A DNA stretch of 64,000 nucleotides from Anaerolineales bacterium (GCA_026129305.1 JAHCII010000001.1:90270-154269), one strand, 5' to 3'. Shown: positions 18,340 through 27,461, numbered from the stretch's first letter. A program made the numbers and translations. The notes: generated by a model from the letters alone, not told the origin.

Positions 18340-18630
18340 TTAGGGGGCGGCCTGGGCGAAGAATTCCGTCAGGCGAGTGCGGTCAGCCTCATTCAAGCTG
18401 GTGCGCAGCGCCTTGTCCAAGGCGCCACTCAAACCGCGTTGCCAGCAAGCTTCCTGCAGGTGCAGGTAAGCGCCGCGGCCGGGTTGCTTGCCTTGTGTGT
18501 CCACGAAGACGCCTTCGGGCGTGCGCACCAGGCGCACTAAGCCGGCTTTGGCCTCAACGGCCCGGCAGGCCACACAGGTGCGCTGTGGAACATGCTTGGC
18601 TCGGCGCGGAGACTGTTTCGCTTTCGCCAT
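18340..18630 (-). CDS. ylxR: YlxR/DUF448 family RNA-binding protein
   Basis: ATG at 18630 inside ORF 18340..18873. 'PQRTCVACR' and 'GRGAYLH' motifs. Lies between nusA and infB. Confidence 0.85.
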   Translation of the reverse strand: MAKAKQSPRRAKHVPQRTCVACRAVEAKAGLVRLVRTPEGVFVDTQGKQPGRGAYLHLQEACWQRGLSGALDKALRTSLNEADRTRLTEFFAQAAP

Positions 18631-18685
18631 GGTCGCAGTTGGGCGACTGGGATGGCCGCTTTGACGGCCATCCCAGAGCGCAATC

Positions 18686-20596
18686 TCAAGCCAAGTCTTC
18701 CCATTCGTCCCGGCGAGGGATATAGGTGACATCCTCGTCTGGATCGTAGTCCAATTCACGGTACTTCTTCTTCTTGGCCTTCTTTTTCTTATCAGGCTCG
18801 GCTGGGCCGCTGCCTTTGGCAACTTTTTTGGCCTTGCCCAGCAGCTGTTCTTCGGTGCGAGCAAAGACCTCATCCACCGAAAGCGCCGGCACCTGAGCTT
18901 CGGGGGCCTGGCCGCCTTGCATCTGGGCCAGCAGCTTCTCGTCTTCCTCAGTCAGTTCAACCGGCTTCTCGTCCTCTTCGTACTCCTCCACCACACGCGC
19001 AACCGCCTCGGGCTGCTCGGCCACCACGGCCTCCGGCTCAGCCGGGGCTTCGGCCTGCGGCTCGGGCGCCGGTTCAGGTTCAGGTTCCGGCTCGGGCTCA
19101 GGGAAGACAAAGGCGTCCAGCTTTTCCTGGATGCTGGCGATGGCCGCCGGGCCGACACCTTCGATCTTCTGGATCAGGCTGCTGTCCAGCTTGAGCTGCA
19201 GCAGCAGATCGCCAATGGTGGAGAAGCCGTCGCCGCTGATCTTCATCGCCAGGCTGGGCGCCAGGCCCAGGTCCTCCAGCGGGATGGAGAAGGCTGCCTT
19301 GGGCAGCTGCGCCTCAATGGCAGCGCGCTCTTCGCGCTGGGCATCCAGAATGGCCTCACGGCGGTCCTGTTCCCCGCGCTCCAGGCGCTCCACAAAGCGG
19401 CTGAGCAGCGTGTACTCTTCGGGTGTGATCGGGCGGCCTTCGGACTTCTTGGCCAGGATCATTTCGATCTGCGGCAAGAGCTCGACCCAATCGGCATGTT
19501 CCTTGGCGAACTTAGCGTTGGCCTGCGCCTGATGCAGGGCATCAGCAGCGGCCTCGGTCAGGCTCTTGATGTCAATGCGCCAGCCGGTCAGCTTGGCGGC
19601 CAGGCGGGCGTTCTGCCCGTCGCGGCCGATGGCCAAACTCAGCTGGTCTTCCGGCACCACCACCGTGGCGGTCTTGTTGCCGTCCACGGCTTCGTCCAGG
19701 TAAACCCCGGCCACACGCGCCGGGCTGAGGGCCTTGGCGATGAACTGGGCCGGGTCGGTGTTCCATTCGATCACGTCGATCTTCTCGTCGTGAAGTTCAC
19801 GCACGATGGCCTGGATGCGCACGCCGCGGATACCAACGCAGGCGCCCACCGGGTCAATCCCGGACTGCAGAGCAGAGACAGCCACCTTGGAGCGGTAGCC
19901 GGGTTCACGGGCGATGGAACGGATCTCCACCAGGCCCTGATAGATCTCAGGCACTTCGTCTTCCAGCAGGCGGCGCAGGAAGTCACGATGAGCACGCGAG
20001 AGGATGATCTCGGGACCGCGGGTGGTGTCTTTGATCTCCAGCAGCAAGGCGCGTACGCGGTCGTGCACGCGGAAGCGCTCGCCGGGGATCTGCTGACCAC
20101 GCGGCATTTTGCCCTCGGCCTTGCGGTCCAGCGCCAGGGTGATCATGTGCGGGTTGGCCGCTTGCACGATGCCGTTGACGATCTCACCAGTGAGGTGTGA
20201 AAAGTATTCTTTCTGCGCCTCACGTTCCGCCTCGCGAATGCGCTGTTGGATCATCTGGCGGGCAGTTTGGGCCGCCACGCGGCCGAAGTTCTCTGGGGTG
20301 CTCTCCACCACCACGATATCGCTTAATTCAGCGTTGGGGTCGTATTTGCGGGCCACATCCAGCAGCACTTCGGTGCGCTCATCCATCACATCCTCCACCA
20401 CTTCCTTCTCGGCAAAGATCTTGACTTCACCGGTGGTGTCATCGATGCTGGCCTGCACCAATTGGGCCTGCGAGGCATTGACCGTCTTGCGATAGGCCTG
20501 AATGAGGGCATCTTGCACAGCCTGCACAATGACCTCACGCGGCAACTGCTTATCATCCAGGACTTCGTTAAAAGCCAGGGAAAATTCCTTCTTCAT
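18686..20596 (-). CDS. nusA: Transcription termination/antitermination factor NusA with a long C-terminal extension
   Basis: ATG at 20596 with AAGGAG upstream. N-terminal domain, S1 and 2xKH ('[12 protein letters not shown]', '[22 protein letters not shown]'). These are followed by an HhH-like region, a (PE)n tract and a Lys-rich/acidic tail. Confidence 0.95.
   Translation of the reverse strand: MKKEFSLAFNEVLDDKQLPREVIVQAVQDALIQAYRKTVNASQAQLVQASIDDTTGEVKIFAEKEVVEDVMDERTEVLLDVARKYDPNAELSDIVVVESTPENFGRVAAQTARQMIQQRIREAEREAQKEYFSHLTGEIVNGIVQAANPHMITLALDRKAEGKMPRGQQIPGERFRVHDRVRALLLEIKDTTRGPEIILSRAHRDFLRRLLEDEVPEIYQGLVEIRSIAREPGYRSKVAVSALQSGIDPVGACVGIRGVRIQAIVRELHDEKIDVIEWNTDPAQFIAKALSPARVAGVYLDEAVDGNKTATVVVPEDQLSLAIGRDGQNARLAAKLTGWRIDIKSLTEAAADALHQAQANAKFAKEHADWVELLPQIEMILAKKSEGRPITPEEYTLLSRFVERLERGEQDRREAILDAQREERAAIEAQLPKAAFSIPLEDLGLAPSLAMKISGDGFSTIGDLLLQLKLDSSLIQKIEGVGPAAIASIQEKLDAFVFPEPEPEPEPEPAPEPQAEAPAEPEAVVAEQPEAVARVVEEYEEDEKPVELTEEDEKLLAQMQGGQAPEAQVPALSVDEVFARTEEQLLGKAKKVAKGSGPAEPDKKKKAKKKKYRELDYDPDEDVTYIPRRDEWEDLA
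19066..19102 (-). repeat. Hexanucleotide-type repeat encoding [15 protein letters not shown] inside nusA
   Basis: Plus-strand 'ggttcaggttcaggttccggctcgggctcagg'. Translates on the minus strand to the Pro-Glu repeat in the NusA C-terminal extension. Confidence 0.8.
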
Positions 20597-20630
20597 CTCT
20601 GTATAACTCCTTGTGACCACCCCTAATTAA

Positions 20631-20655
20631 GCAGAAAAGTGGGGGTTGCCCACTT
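20631..20655 (-). terminator. Intrinsic terminator/attenuator hairpin in the nusA leader (also ends the GNAT transcript)
   Basis: Minus strand reads AAGTGGG-CAACC-CCCACTT followed by TTCTGCTT. It lies about 35 nt upstream of the nusA ATG and downstream of the predicted promoter. Confidence 0.65.
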
Positions 20656-20693
20656 CCGGTCGTTGCTACTATGGGGTGCTGCCGAACGTAGAA

Positions 20694-20722
20694 ATTGTAG
20701 CATCAAAAAATTTTGATGGCAA
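20694..20722 (-). promoter_or_regulatory. Sigma-70-type promoter for nusA (TTGCCA-17-TACAAT) containing a CATCAAAA-aa-TTTTGATG palindrome
   Basis: On the minus strand, -35 TTGCCA is at 20722-20717, the spacer is 17 nt, and -10 TACAAT is at 20699-20694. The palindrome at 20701-20718 fills the spacer and touches the -35. Confidence 0.65.
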
Positions 20723-20743
20723 GGGAAAGCAAGCGCAATTTGC

Positions 20744-21295
20744 TTAATCTGCGGTGTGTAAAGTTTTTAGCAAACGCCAACCCATTTCGCTGATCTGCTG
20801 CAGGTGGCCCAGGTGGTCGTAATAGGTCCAATCACCGGCCACCGGCTCAACAATCTCATAACCCAGACGTTGGTACAAGCGCAGAGCATCCGGGTTGTCG
20901 TCGGCCACTTGCAGGCACACTTCCCGGAAGCCGCGCGCCCACAGGTCAGCCTCAGCATGGGCCAACAGCTGGCTGCCCAGGCCGCGACCGCGCAAGGCAC
21001 GGCGCACACGGAAGGCGTGGATGTAGGCACGGCGGCGGCCATCGGCGGCATTGGGGTCTGCTTCGCTGTGCAGCTGCACGAAGACCTGCCCCAAGGCGGG
21101 GCCGCCGGGCAGCTCAGCCAGCCACATCAGGCTTTGGCCGGTCTGCATGCGGGCGAAGACCCGGGCATACACCCGGCGGAAATGGACGTACTCGCCCTCC
21201 CATTCCAAGGCGGGCAGGTCTGCAGCAGTCACCAGGCGGATCACCACACGCTGCAGCCAGGCTGGGTCAGCGTAAAGGCTAGCGGCCAGCTTCAC
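20744..21295 (-). CDS. GNAT-family N-acetyltransferase
   Basis: Acetyl-CoA motif 'VRRALRGRGLGSQLLAHAE' and 'ALRLYQRLGYEIV'. Start set at the in-frame GTG at 21295, which overlaps the cca stop by 17 nt. The upstream part of listed ORF 20744..21469 overlaps cca and is unlikely to be coding. Confidence 0.75.
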   Translation of the reverse strand: MKLAASLYADPAWLQRVVIRLVTAADLPALEWEGEYVHFRRVYARVFARMQTGQSLMWLAELPGGPALGQVFVQLHSEADPNAADGRRRAYIHAFRVRRALRGRGLGSQLLAHAEADLWARGFREVCLQVADDNPDALRLYQRLGYEIVEPVAGDWTYYDHLGHLQQISEMGWRLLKTLHTAD

Positions 21296-22622
21296 GCAGC
21301 AGTTCCTCCAGCAAGGCCGCTTCCTGGCGGGCGCTGCGCACTTCGCCGTCCAGCCAGCCGGCCCGCAGCCTGGCCAGGATGTGTGCATAGGCTGGGCCGG
21401 GCGGCAGGCCGCGGCGGCGCAGCGCGTGCCCATCGGCCTGCGGCTGCACATGGCGCCAGCGGCGCGCATAGCGCGCCAACTGGGTGTCCAACGGGCTGCC
21501 AGCCGTCAGCCATAAGGCATACACGGCGGCCAGAGGCTGGCGCTCGAGGTGGCTCACCAGGGCGCTGGGCGACAACCGCGCCAGGCGACGGCGTTGGCTG
21601 TGCAGGTGGGCGGCGCCCAGGGTCAGCTGGCGCAGCTCGCCCGCAAAGCGCAGGCGCTCGGCGATGGCTTCCACTGCCTGCGGCGGCAGCCACATCAGCC
21701 ACAGGGCCAGGTCGACCCTGGTGGCACTTTCGGCAGACAATCCCCAGTAAGCCGGGGGCTTGGCGCATGGTTGCAGCGCTGCAGCAGCCTGTTTGGGGAA
21801 GCTAAGTAGGGGGTGGATTGTGCCCAACACCCCAGTGCGCTGCATGGCCTGCAAGACCGCCACGCGTGACCGCTCTTGCAATGCAAGCTCGATCTCATGG
21901 AAAATACGCTCACCGGAAACCCGCTCCAGGGCCGACAGGTGGCGGGCCAGTTCCTGGCGGGTGGGCGCCGCCAGCCGGAAACCCAGGCGCCCGGCAAAGC
22001 GCAGGGCGCGCAGCATACGCGTAGGGTCGTCGACAAAAGACTGCGTATGCAGTGTGCGCACCAGGCCGCCGCGCAGGTCCGCCAGGCCGCCAAACGGATC
22101 GTATAAGCGACCGGCCTGCTCGCCGTTCAGAGACAGCGCCAGGGTGTTGATGCTGAAATCGCGGCGGGCCTGGTCTGCAGCCAGATCAGCCAGCTCCACC
22201 TGGGGGAGAGCTGCCGGCCGCGCATAGCGCTCGCGCCGGGCAGAAATCAGGTCAATATGGGTGGGCAGCTTGCCCTTGATCTCCGCCAATTGCGCAGGCC
22301 GCTGGGGCAGGAGCCAAACGGCTGTGCGAAAAGCCGGGTGGGTCTGCAAATCACCGCCCAGCTGCCTGACCAGCTTGCGCCCAAACTGAATCGCGTCGCC
22401 TTCAATGACCACATCCAGGTCCAGGCTGGGGCGCGCCAAAAACAGGTCGCGCACAAAGCCGCCCACCAGGTACAGCGATCGGTCTTGCGCCTGGGCTGCG
22501 ATCCAGTCCAGCAACCACCGCGCGGCAGGCGAAAGCGGCTTGCGCAGCCAGCTTGACAAGCTGGGCTGCAGGCGGCCGGCAGCATCCAGACGCGGTTCTC
22601 GAGGCAGGCGGGGAGAAACCAT
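21279..22622 (-). CDS. cca: CCA-adding enzyme / poly(A) polymerase-family tRNA nucleotidyltransferase
   Basis: 'LYLVGGFVRDLFL..PSLDLDVVIEGDA' head-domain motif, then 'RRDFSINTLAL' and 'DDPTRMLRALRFA'. ATG at 22622 (alternative TTG at 22658). Confidence 0.8.
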   Translation of the reverse strand: MVSPRLPREPRLDAAGRLQPSLSSWLRKPLSPAARWLLDWIAAQAQDRSLYLVGGFVRDLFLARPSLDLDVVIEGDAIQFGRKLVRQLGGDLQTHPAFRTAVWLLPQRPAQLAEIKGKLPTHIDLISARRERYARPAALPQVELADLAADQARRDFSINTLALSLNGEQAGRLYDPFGGLADLRGGLVRTLHTQSFVDDPTRMLRALRFAGRLGFRLAAPTRQELARHLSALERVSGERIFHEIELALQERSRVAVLQAMQRTGVLGTIHPLLSFPKQAAAALQPCAKPPAYWGLSAESATRVDLALWLMWLPPQAVEAIAERLRFAGELRQLTLGAAHLHSQRRRLARLSPSALVSHLERQPLAAVYALWLTAGSPLDTQLARYARRWRHVQPQADGHALRRRGLPPGPAYAHILARLRAGWLDGEVRSARQEAALLEELLREAGR

Positions 22623-22667
22623 CCACCAATCATAGCCGAGGCCAGGGCGCCAGGCCAAGCAATGAGG

Positions 22668-23627
22668 CTAACGACTGGGCGTGTGTGTGGGCAGCGGGGT
22701 CAGGGTGTGGATGGCGGTGGGGCTGGACGGACCTAGTAGGTCGGGCGTATCAGGCTGGCCCTGCCAAGCCAGCAGGGCCAGCAACACCAGCAAGGCGACC
22801 AGGCCGGCACGCCATAAACTACGCCGGCGCCGGCTTCGCCGCGCTTGCAGCGGCGGGGTGGCAGGTGGCATGCCAACCACGATGGCGGTCAGGTCTCCCG
22901 GCAGACCCATCTTCAAGCCGCGCTGCACCAGGGCTTCAGCCGCATCCTCAATGGGACTTGCCGCCAGTGTCTCAGCGATCTCCCCGGGCAACAAGCCATC
23001 GCCCAGGCCGCTGGTGCACAGCAGCAGGCGGTCATTGGGCCGCAGGCGCATGCCTTGCTGGCGCAAGGAAGGCCGGCCGCCGCTGGCCGGGTGCAGGCGC
23101 AGGTCCACATCCAGCGGCGTTTTGGCGCCCAGATAGCCATGCAGCCCATCGGCGTCCTTGCGCGGCGCCGGCGCATTTTTCTCCGGCAGGCGCGGCAGGT
23201 TGAGCTGCTGCAGCCGCTCGCCGCGCATCAGGTAGAGGCGCGCATTGCCCACAGAGGCGGCATACAACCGGTCGCCCACCAGCCAGGCGCACAGGCAGGT
23301 ACTGCCCATGCCCTTCCACTCGCGTCGGGTTTCGCTGCGCTGCAGGATCAACCGGCTGGCTTGGATAATGGCAGCCTGCAAGATGCCGCTGGGCTGGCTG
23401 GCATCGCTCTGCCCCACCAGGCGCGTCACCGCATCCACGGCCAGCTGGGCGGCCACCTGGCCGGCCCGGCTGGCGCCAATGCCGTCGGTGACCATGGTCA
23501 GCAGTGAGGGTTTGGGATCGGTTTCGCTGAGGGTGTAATGCTCGAGCGCATAACGGTCTTCATTCAGATGACCAATGGCGCGGGAAGCCACCGAGAGCGG
23601 GTATTGGGGCTGCTTAGAGGGGATCAT
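22668..23627 (-). CDS. PP2C-family Ser/Thr phosphatase with C-terminal TM segment
   Basis: 'NEDRYAL', 'VTDGIGASRAG' and 'LLLCTSGL' motifs. C-terminal 'LVALLVLLALLAW' helix. The start overlaps the FHA gene end by 14 nt. Confidence 0.85.
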   Translation of the reverse strand: MIPSKQPQYPLSVASRAIGHLNEDRYALEHYTLSETDPKPSLLTMVTDGIGASRAGQVAAQLAVDAVTRLVGQSDASQPSGILQAAIIQASRLILQRSETRREWKGMGSTCLCAWLVGDRLYAASVGNARLYLMRGERLQQLNLPRLPEKNAPAPRKDADGLHGYLGAKTPLDVDLRLHPASGGRPSLRQQGMRLRPNDRLLLCTSGLGDGLLPGEIAETLAASPIEDAAEALVQRGLKMGLPGDLTAIVVGMPPATPPLQARRSRRRRSLWRAGLVALLVLLALLAWQGQPDTPDLLGPSSPTAIHTLTPLPTHTPSR

Positions 23628-25491
23628 CCTGGCTCGGATTGATCAGAAAGCGGAAAGCCACCCGGCCGATGTGCAGCAGATCCCCATCCTGCAGTTGGCT
23701 GCCTTCCGGCGAGATCGGCGCATAGTTGATCCAGGTGCCGGCTTGCGACCCCAGGTCGGCGACGCTATAAATGCCATCAGGCTGGCGGCTGATCTGCGTG
23801 TGCCGTCCGCTGATCGATTCATCCTGCAGCACCAAGTTGTTCTGGGCATCCCGCCCGACAAAGGTTTCGTTGCCAAAGATCGGGAAGACCTCAGCAGGCT
23901 GGTCAGCCTCCTGCACATTGAGGCGCTGCAACCAGGCCGGCGGCCGGTTGTCAGCCGCTTCCCCGCCCTCAAAGGGCAGCGGAACGATTGCATCCAATAG
24001 CGGCGTATCGCTCAGTGGGTCGGGGCCGGCGGCCGGCAGCGGCGTGACCCGCCGGCTGCGGCGGCGCGCCCCGGGCTGCCGCGGGCGCAGCCGTCCCGAA
24101 AGCACCAGGACCAGCAGGACCGCGCCGGCGGCCAACACCACGCCCCCGGCCATCAGCCAGGTGCCACCACGGTCCAGCAGGGTTTGCAGCCGGGAGGGTG
24201 GAATGCTGACGCCGATCTGCACCGGAATCTCGACGCTGCTGCCGATCAGCCCCAGGGTGTCCTGGGCTTCAACCCGCAATGTGACCGGCTGGCTGCTGGT
24301 GTAACCGCTCAGGTCCCAGACAAAGCGGGTGAAAGGCGCGCTGCGGTTTTCTGCCACCTGCACGCCATCCACGAAAAGCGTGGTGCGCTGCAAGCCGCGT
24401 TCAATATTGTCGGGAAATTCCACAATGATTTCCAGCGGCTGGCTAAAGGGTGAAAGCTGCTGCGGGTCGGCCTCGGACGGGCGGCGTTCAATCCGCACCG
24501 GTGGGGAAACCAGGATCGGGTTGGGTGGATCGATCTCCAGGTTAAAAATATGTGCAGCCGACGTAGCCTGGCCGGCTTGGCTGTCCATGCGCAGCTGCAC
24601 CTCATGCGCGCCCGAACTGTGCAGGGTGGAATCATATTGGAAGAAGTAAGCCGAGCGGAAGCCGCGGAAATAATCCTCAGGGGCGGGGAAGACTTCGCCG
24701 CCCGAAAAGCCAAACCATTGGCCGCCGGTGGCCTGCGCCATGGCGGCCAACTGCAGGCTGGTCTCGCTGGAGAAACTGGAAACCGAGCCGATCTGCCAGA
24801 TGAACAAGGGGATGCCCTGCTCAACCAATTGGGGCTGCCAACCGACCAGCACGCTCATATCTGCCAGAGAGGGCGAGCTGGTGACCCACCATACGGCGCT
24901 GCCCCCTCCTGGCCGGGGAGCGGGCTGGGCGGCGATTTGCAACGCCAGTTCCAACGGCTGCAGGTCCGCGGCGGGCGTGGGCGCAGGCAGCCAGTCCGTC
25001 AGAGCGGCGGACCACTGCGGCAAGGGCACGTCCGTGACCAGCGGGCCGGCGCTGGTCACCAGACCCATAATGCTGTCATTGGGCGGCACGCCACCGGCCC
25101 AGGTCAGCATGGCCTCGCGCACGTAGTCAAAGCGCGTGCGCGCCTGGGCATCGCGGATCGTAAAAGCGTCAGTGGGGCTGAGCGCCACGACAATGCGCAG
25201 CCCCGGCTGCACCTCACGCAACTGAGACAGCGGGCGCGGCAGGCCATTCTCCAAAACCTGGAAGTCCTCGACAGTTAAGCCGGGAATCGGCTGTCCTGCG
25301 GCGTCTCGTGCGCTGAAGTAGCCGAGAATTGTAGGGAAGGCTTCGGTTTCGAGCTGACTTAGGTGGAGTGTTGCCCCCGTTTGCGCAGCCGCCGGGTGGC
25401 TATGCCACAGGGCGGCCAGCACCATGGCCAGCGCAAGTAAAGTACGTTTCAACGCGCCGATTTTAGCATACGGCTTTGGTGATTTGGTCAT
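23614..25491 (-). CDS. Transmembrane FHA-domain protein (large extracytoplasmic N-terminal region, cytoplasmic C-terminal FHA)
   Basis: ATG at 25491 ('MTKSPKPYAKIGALKRTLLALAMVLAAL...AAAQ' signal). TM helix 'WLMAGGVVLAAGAVLLVLVLSG' plus an RRRSRR stretch. FHA core 'FVGRD..NNLVLQDESISGRHTQI...DLGSQAGTWIN'. Confidence 0.8.
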   Translation of the reverse strand: MTKSPKPYAKIGALKRTLLALAMVLAALWHSHPAAAQTGATLHLSQLETEAFPTILGYFSARDAAGQPIPGLTVEDFQVLENGLPRPLSQLREVQPGLRIVVALSPTDAFTIRDAQARTRFDYVREAMLTWAGGVPPNDSIMGLVTSAGPLVTDVPLPQWSAALTDWLPAPTPAADLQPLELALQIAAQPAPRPGGGSAVWWVTSSPSLADMSVLVGWQPQLVEQGIPLFIWQIGSVSSFSSETSLQLAAMAQATGGQWFGFSGGEVFPAPEDYFRGFRSAYFFQYDSTLHSSGAHEVQLRMDSQAGQATSAAHIFNLEIDPPNPILVSPPVRIERRPSEADPQQLSPFSQPLEIIVEFPDNIERGLQRTTLFVDGVQVAENRSAPFTRFVWDLSGYTSSQPVTLRVEAQDTLGLIGSSVEIPVQIGVSIPPSRLQTLLDRGGTWLMAGGVVLAAGAVLLVLVLSGRLRPRQPGARRRSRRVTPLPAAGPDPLSDTPLLDAIVPLPFEGGEAADNRPPAWLQRLNVQEADQPAEVFPIFGNETFVGRDAQNNLVLQDESISGRHTQISRQPDGIYSVADLGSQAGTWINYAPISPEGSQLQDGDLLHIGRVAFRFLINPSQDDPL

Positions 25492-25519
25492 GCCCCAAAA
25501 TGGTAAGATGGCCGCGCGC

Positions 25520-27460
25520 ATGGTTCGGACACCGAAACTTCAGACTCTGGTCAAAGCCGCCCGCCAATTGGGTCCGGCGGCGGTGTTGCCCTACGCTGGC
25601 TACCAGCTGCGCCTGCGCAGCGGCTGGCTGCGCAGGCAAACCCCGCCCGGCGGGCGCCCCCAGCCTGCTCCCCTGCCCGCTGCGCCGCAGGTGCTGCTGC
25701 AACCGGCGGCCGCCGCCCAAATCCGCCGCAGCCTGGGCCAAGACGGACAAAAGCGGCTGTTAGCAGACGCGCAGGCCGCGGCCAAAGGCCGCGCCCGTCT
25801 TTTTGATGGGCCAGAACGACCCTTGAAGCTGACTCCCAAAGAGCCGTTGGGGCACTGGTTGCGCTATCACAGTCATTTGCCGGACGGCAGCGACATCAAG
25901 CCCGTCTGGGAAGCGGGCCGCTTCGGCTGGGCGACGCGCCTGGCTCAGGCCTACTGGTTGAGCGGCGAGGAAAGCCATGCCGAGAGCTTTTGGCGACTGT
26001 TCGAGCGCTTCAATGCCGCCAACCCGGCCAACTGCGGCCCGCACTGGTCCTCGGCGCAGGAAGTGGCCCTGCGCCTGATCCACTGGGCTTACTGCTACAG
26101 CCTGCTGGCCGGCGCCGGGGCCAGCACGCCCGACCGGCAGGCGGCCCTGGTACAGGCCATGGCCCTGCACGCCGAGCGCATCCCGTCGACTTTAGACTAT
26201 GCCCGCGCCCAGAACAACAATCACCTGCTGAGTGAAGGGCTGGGCCTGGCAACCGCCGCGGCGGCCCTGCCCAGCCACCCGCAGGCGGGCCGCTGGGCCC
26301 AGCAGGGTTGGGCCGCTTTTAATGAAGGCATTGCCCGCCAGGTGCATGCTGACGGCGCTTACGCCCAGCACAGCAGCAACTACCAGCGGCTGATGCTCAG
26401 CCTGACCTGCTGGGCGCAGATACTCGCTCGACACAGTGGTCAGCCCCTGTCCCTGGCCACCAGCCAGCGCCTGGCCGCGGCGGCCGGCTGGCTGCAGACC
26501 TTGTTGGACGAAGCCAGCGGCCAAGTCCCCAACTTGGGCCCCAACGACGGCGCCTATGTGCTGCCGCTCAGCGCTCTGCCGTTTGCGGACTTTCGGCCGG
26601 TGCTGCAAGCCGCCCATTTGGCCATCAGGGGCCAGGCCAGTTTGCCGCGCGGTGCCTGGAATGACCTGGCGCTCTGGCTGGGCTGGAAGCCAGGCCAAGC
26701 CCCCAAGCCCTCCAGCAAGACGTCCGGCCCTTTGCGGCTGCAAAGCGGCCGGGCCTGGGCCTATCTGCGCGCCGCTCGCTTTCAAGAGCGACCCGGCCAC
26801 GCCGACCAGCTGCACTTGGACCTGTGGTGGCGCGGCCACAACCTGGCCGCCGACCCGGGCACCTACTTCTACACAGCCGCGGTCCCCTGGGACAATGCAC
26901 TGGCGGGCAGCGCCGCGCACAATACGCTAACGATCGACGGGCGCGACCAGATGACCCGCGCCAGCCGCTTCTTATGGCTGGATTGGGCACAGGCCGAGGT
27001 GCTGGAGCAGCGCCGCGACCGCACCGGCCGGCTGGTATCGGCCGCCGCCCAACACGACGGCTACCGCAGCCTGGGCCTGCGCCACCGCCGCAGTGTGCAA
27101 GTGCGAGGCAGCCTGTGGAGTGTGCGCGACGAGGTGTACAGCACCCACCCCGCCACGAAGCGCTACCCAATGCGCCTGCACTGGCTGCTGCCGGACTGGC
27201 CGTGGGAGCTGCAGGGCAACCAGCTGGCCCTGCAGGGTCCAGACGGCACGATCCTGCTGGCTGTGTCTGGCGAACCGCTGGCCCCGGCGCTGTCCCTGTT
27301 GCGCGCCGGGCGGCGCCTGGCGGGCAAAGCCCAAGCGGCGCCCACGCTGGGCTGGTATTCGCCCAGCTACGCCAGCAAGCGACCAGCGCTGGCCCTGCTG
27401 GCGGATGTTGAAGCCGCCGCGCCGCTTACGCTGACTACCCAGTGGACGCTGCCGGACTGA
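25520..27460 (+). CDS. Heparinase II/III-like (polysaccharide lyase-like) protein
   Basis: 'NNHLLSEGLGLATAA', 'HADQLHLDLWWRGHNLAADPGTYFY' and 'AHNTLTIDG', typical of the Hepar_II_III family. Start taken at ATG 25520 (alternative 25508). Confidence 0.75.
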   Translation: MVRTPKLQTLVKAARQLGPAAVLPYAGYQLRLRSGWLRRQTPPGGRPQPAPLPAAPQVLLQPAAAAQIRRSLGQDGQKRLLADAQAAAKGRARLFDGPERPLKLTPKEPLGHWLRYHSHLPDGSDIKPVWEAGRFGWATRLAQAYWLSGEESHAESFWRLFERFNAANPANCGPHWSSAQEVALRLIHWAYCYSLLAGAGASTPDRQAALVQAMALHAERIPSTLDYARAQNNNHLLSEGLGLATAAAALPSHPQAGRWAQQGWAAFNEGIARQVHADGAYAQHSSNYQRLMLSLTCWAQILARHSGQPLSLATSQRLAAAAGWLQTLLDEASGQVPNLGPNDGAYVLPLSALPFADFRPVLQAAHLAIRGQASLPRGAWNDLALWLGWKPGQAPKPSSKTSGPLRLQSGRAWAYLRAARFQERPGHADQLHLDLWWRGHNLAADPGTYFYTAAVPWDNALAGSAAHNTLTIDGRDQMTRASRFLWLDWAQAEVLEQRRDRTGRLVSAAAQHDGYRSLGLRHRRSVQVRGSLWSVRDEVYSTHPATKRYPMRLHWLLPDWPWELQGNQLALQGPDGTILLAVSGEPLAPALSLLRAGRRLAGKAQAAPTLGWYSPSYASKRPALALLADVEAAAPLTLTTQWTLPD

Positions 27461-27461
27461 T

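Noticed and set aside
19066-19102. Short tandem repeat that might be mistaken for a CRISPR or VNTR locus
   Set aside because: It lies in-frame inside nusA and encodes a (Pro-Glu)n tract. It has no spacer/repeat architecture and no cas genes.
16538-20200. Plus-strand ORFs 16538..17725 (395 aa) and 18917..20200 (427 aa)
   Set aside because: They are antisense to infB and nusA, both of which are unambiguous. These are shadow ORFs.
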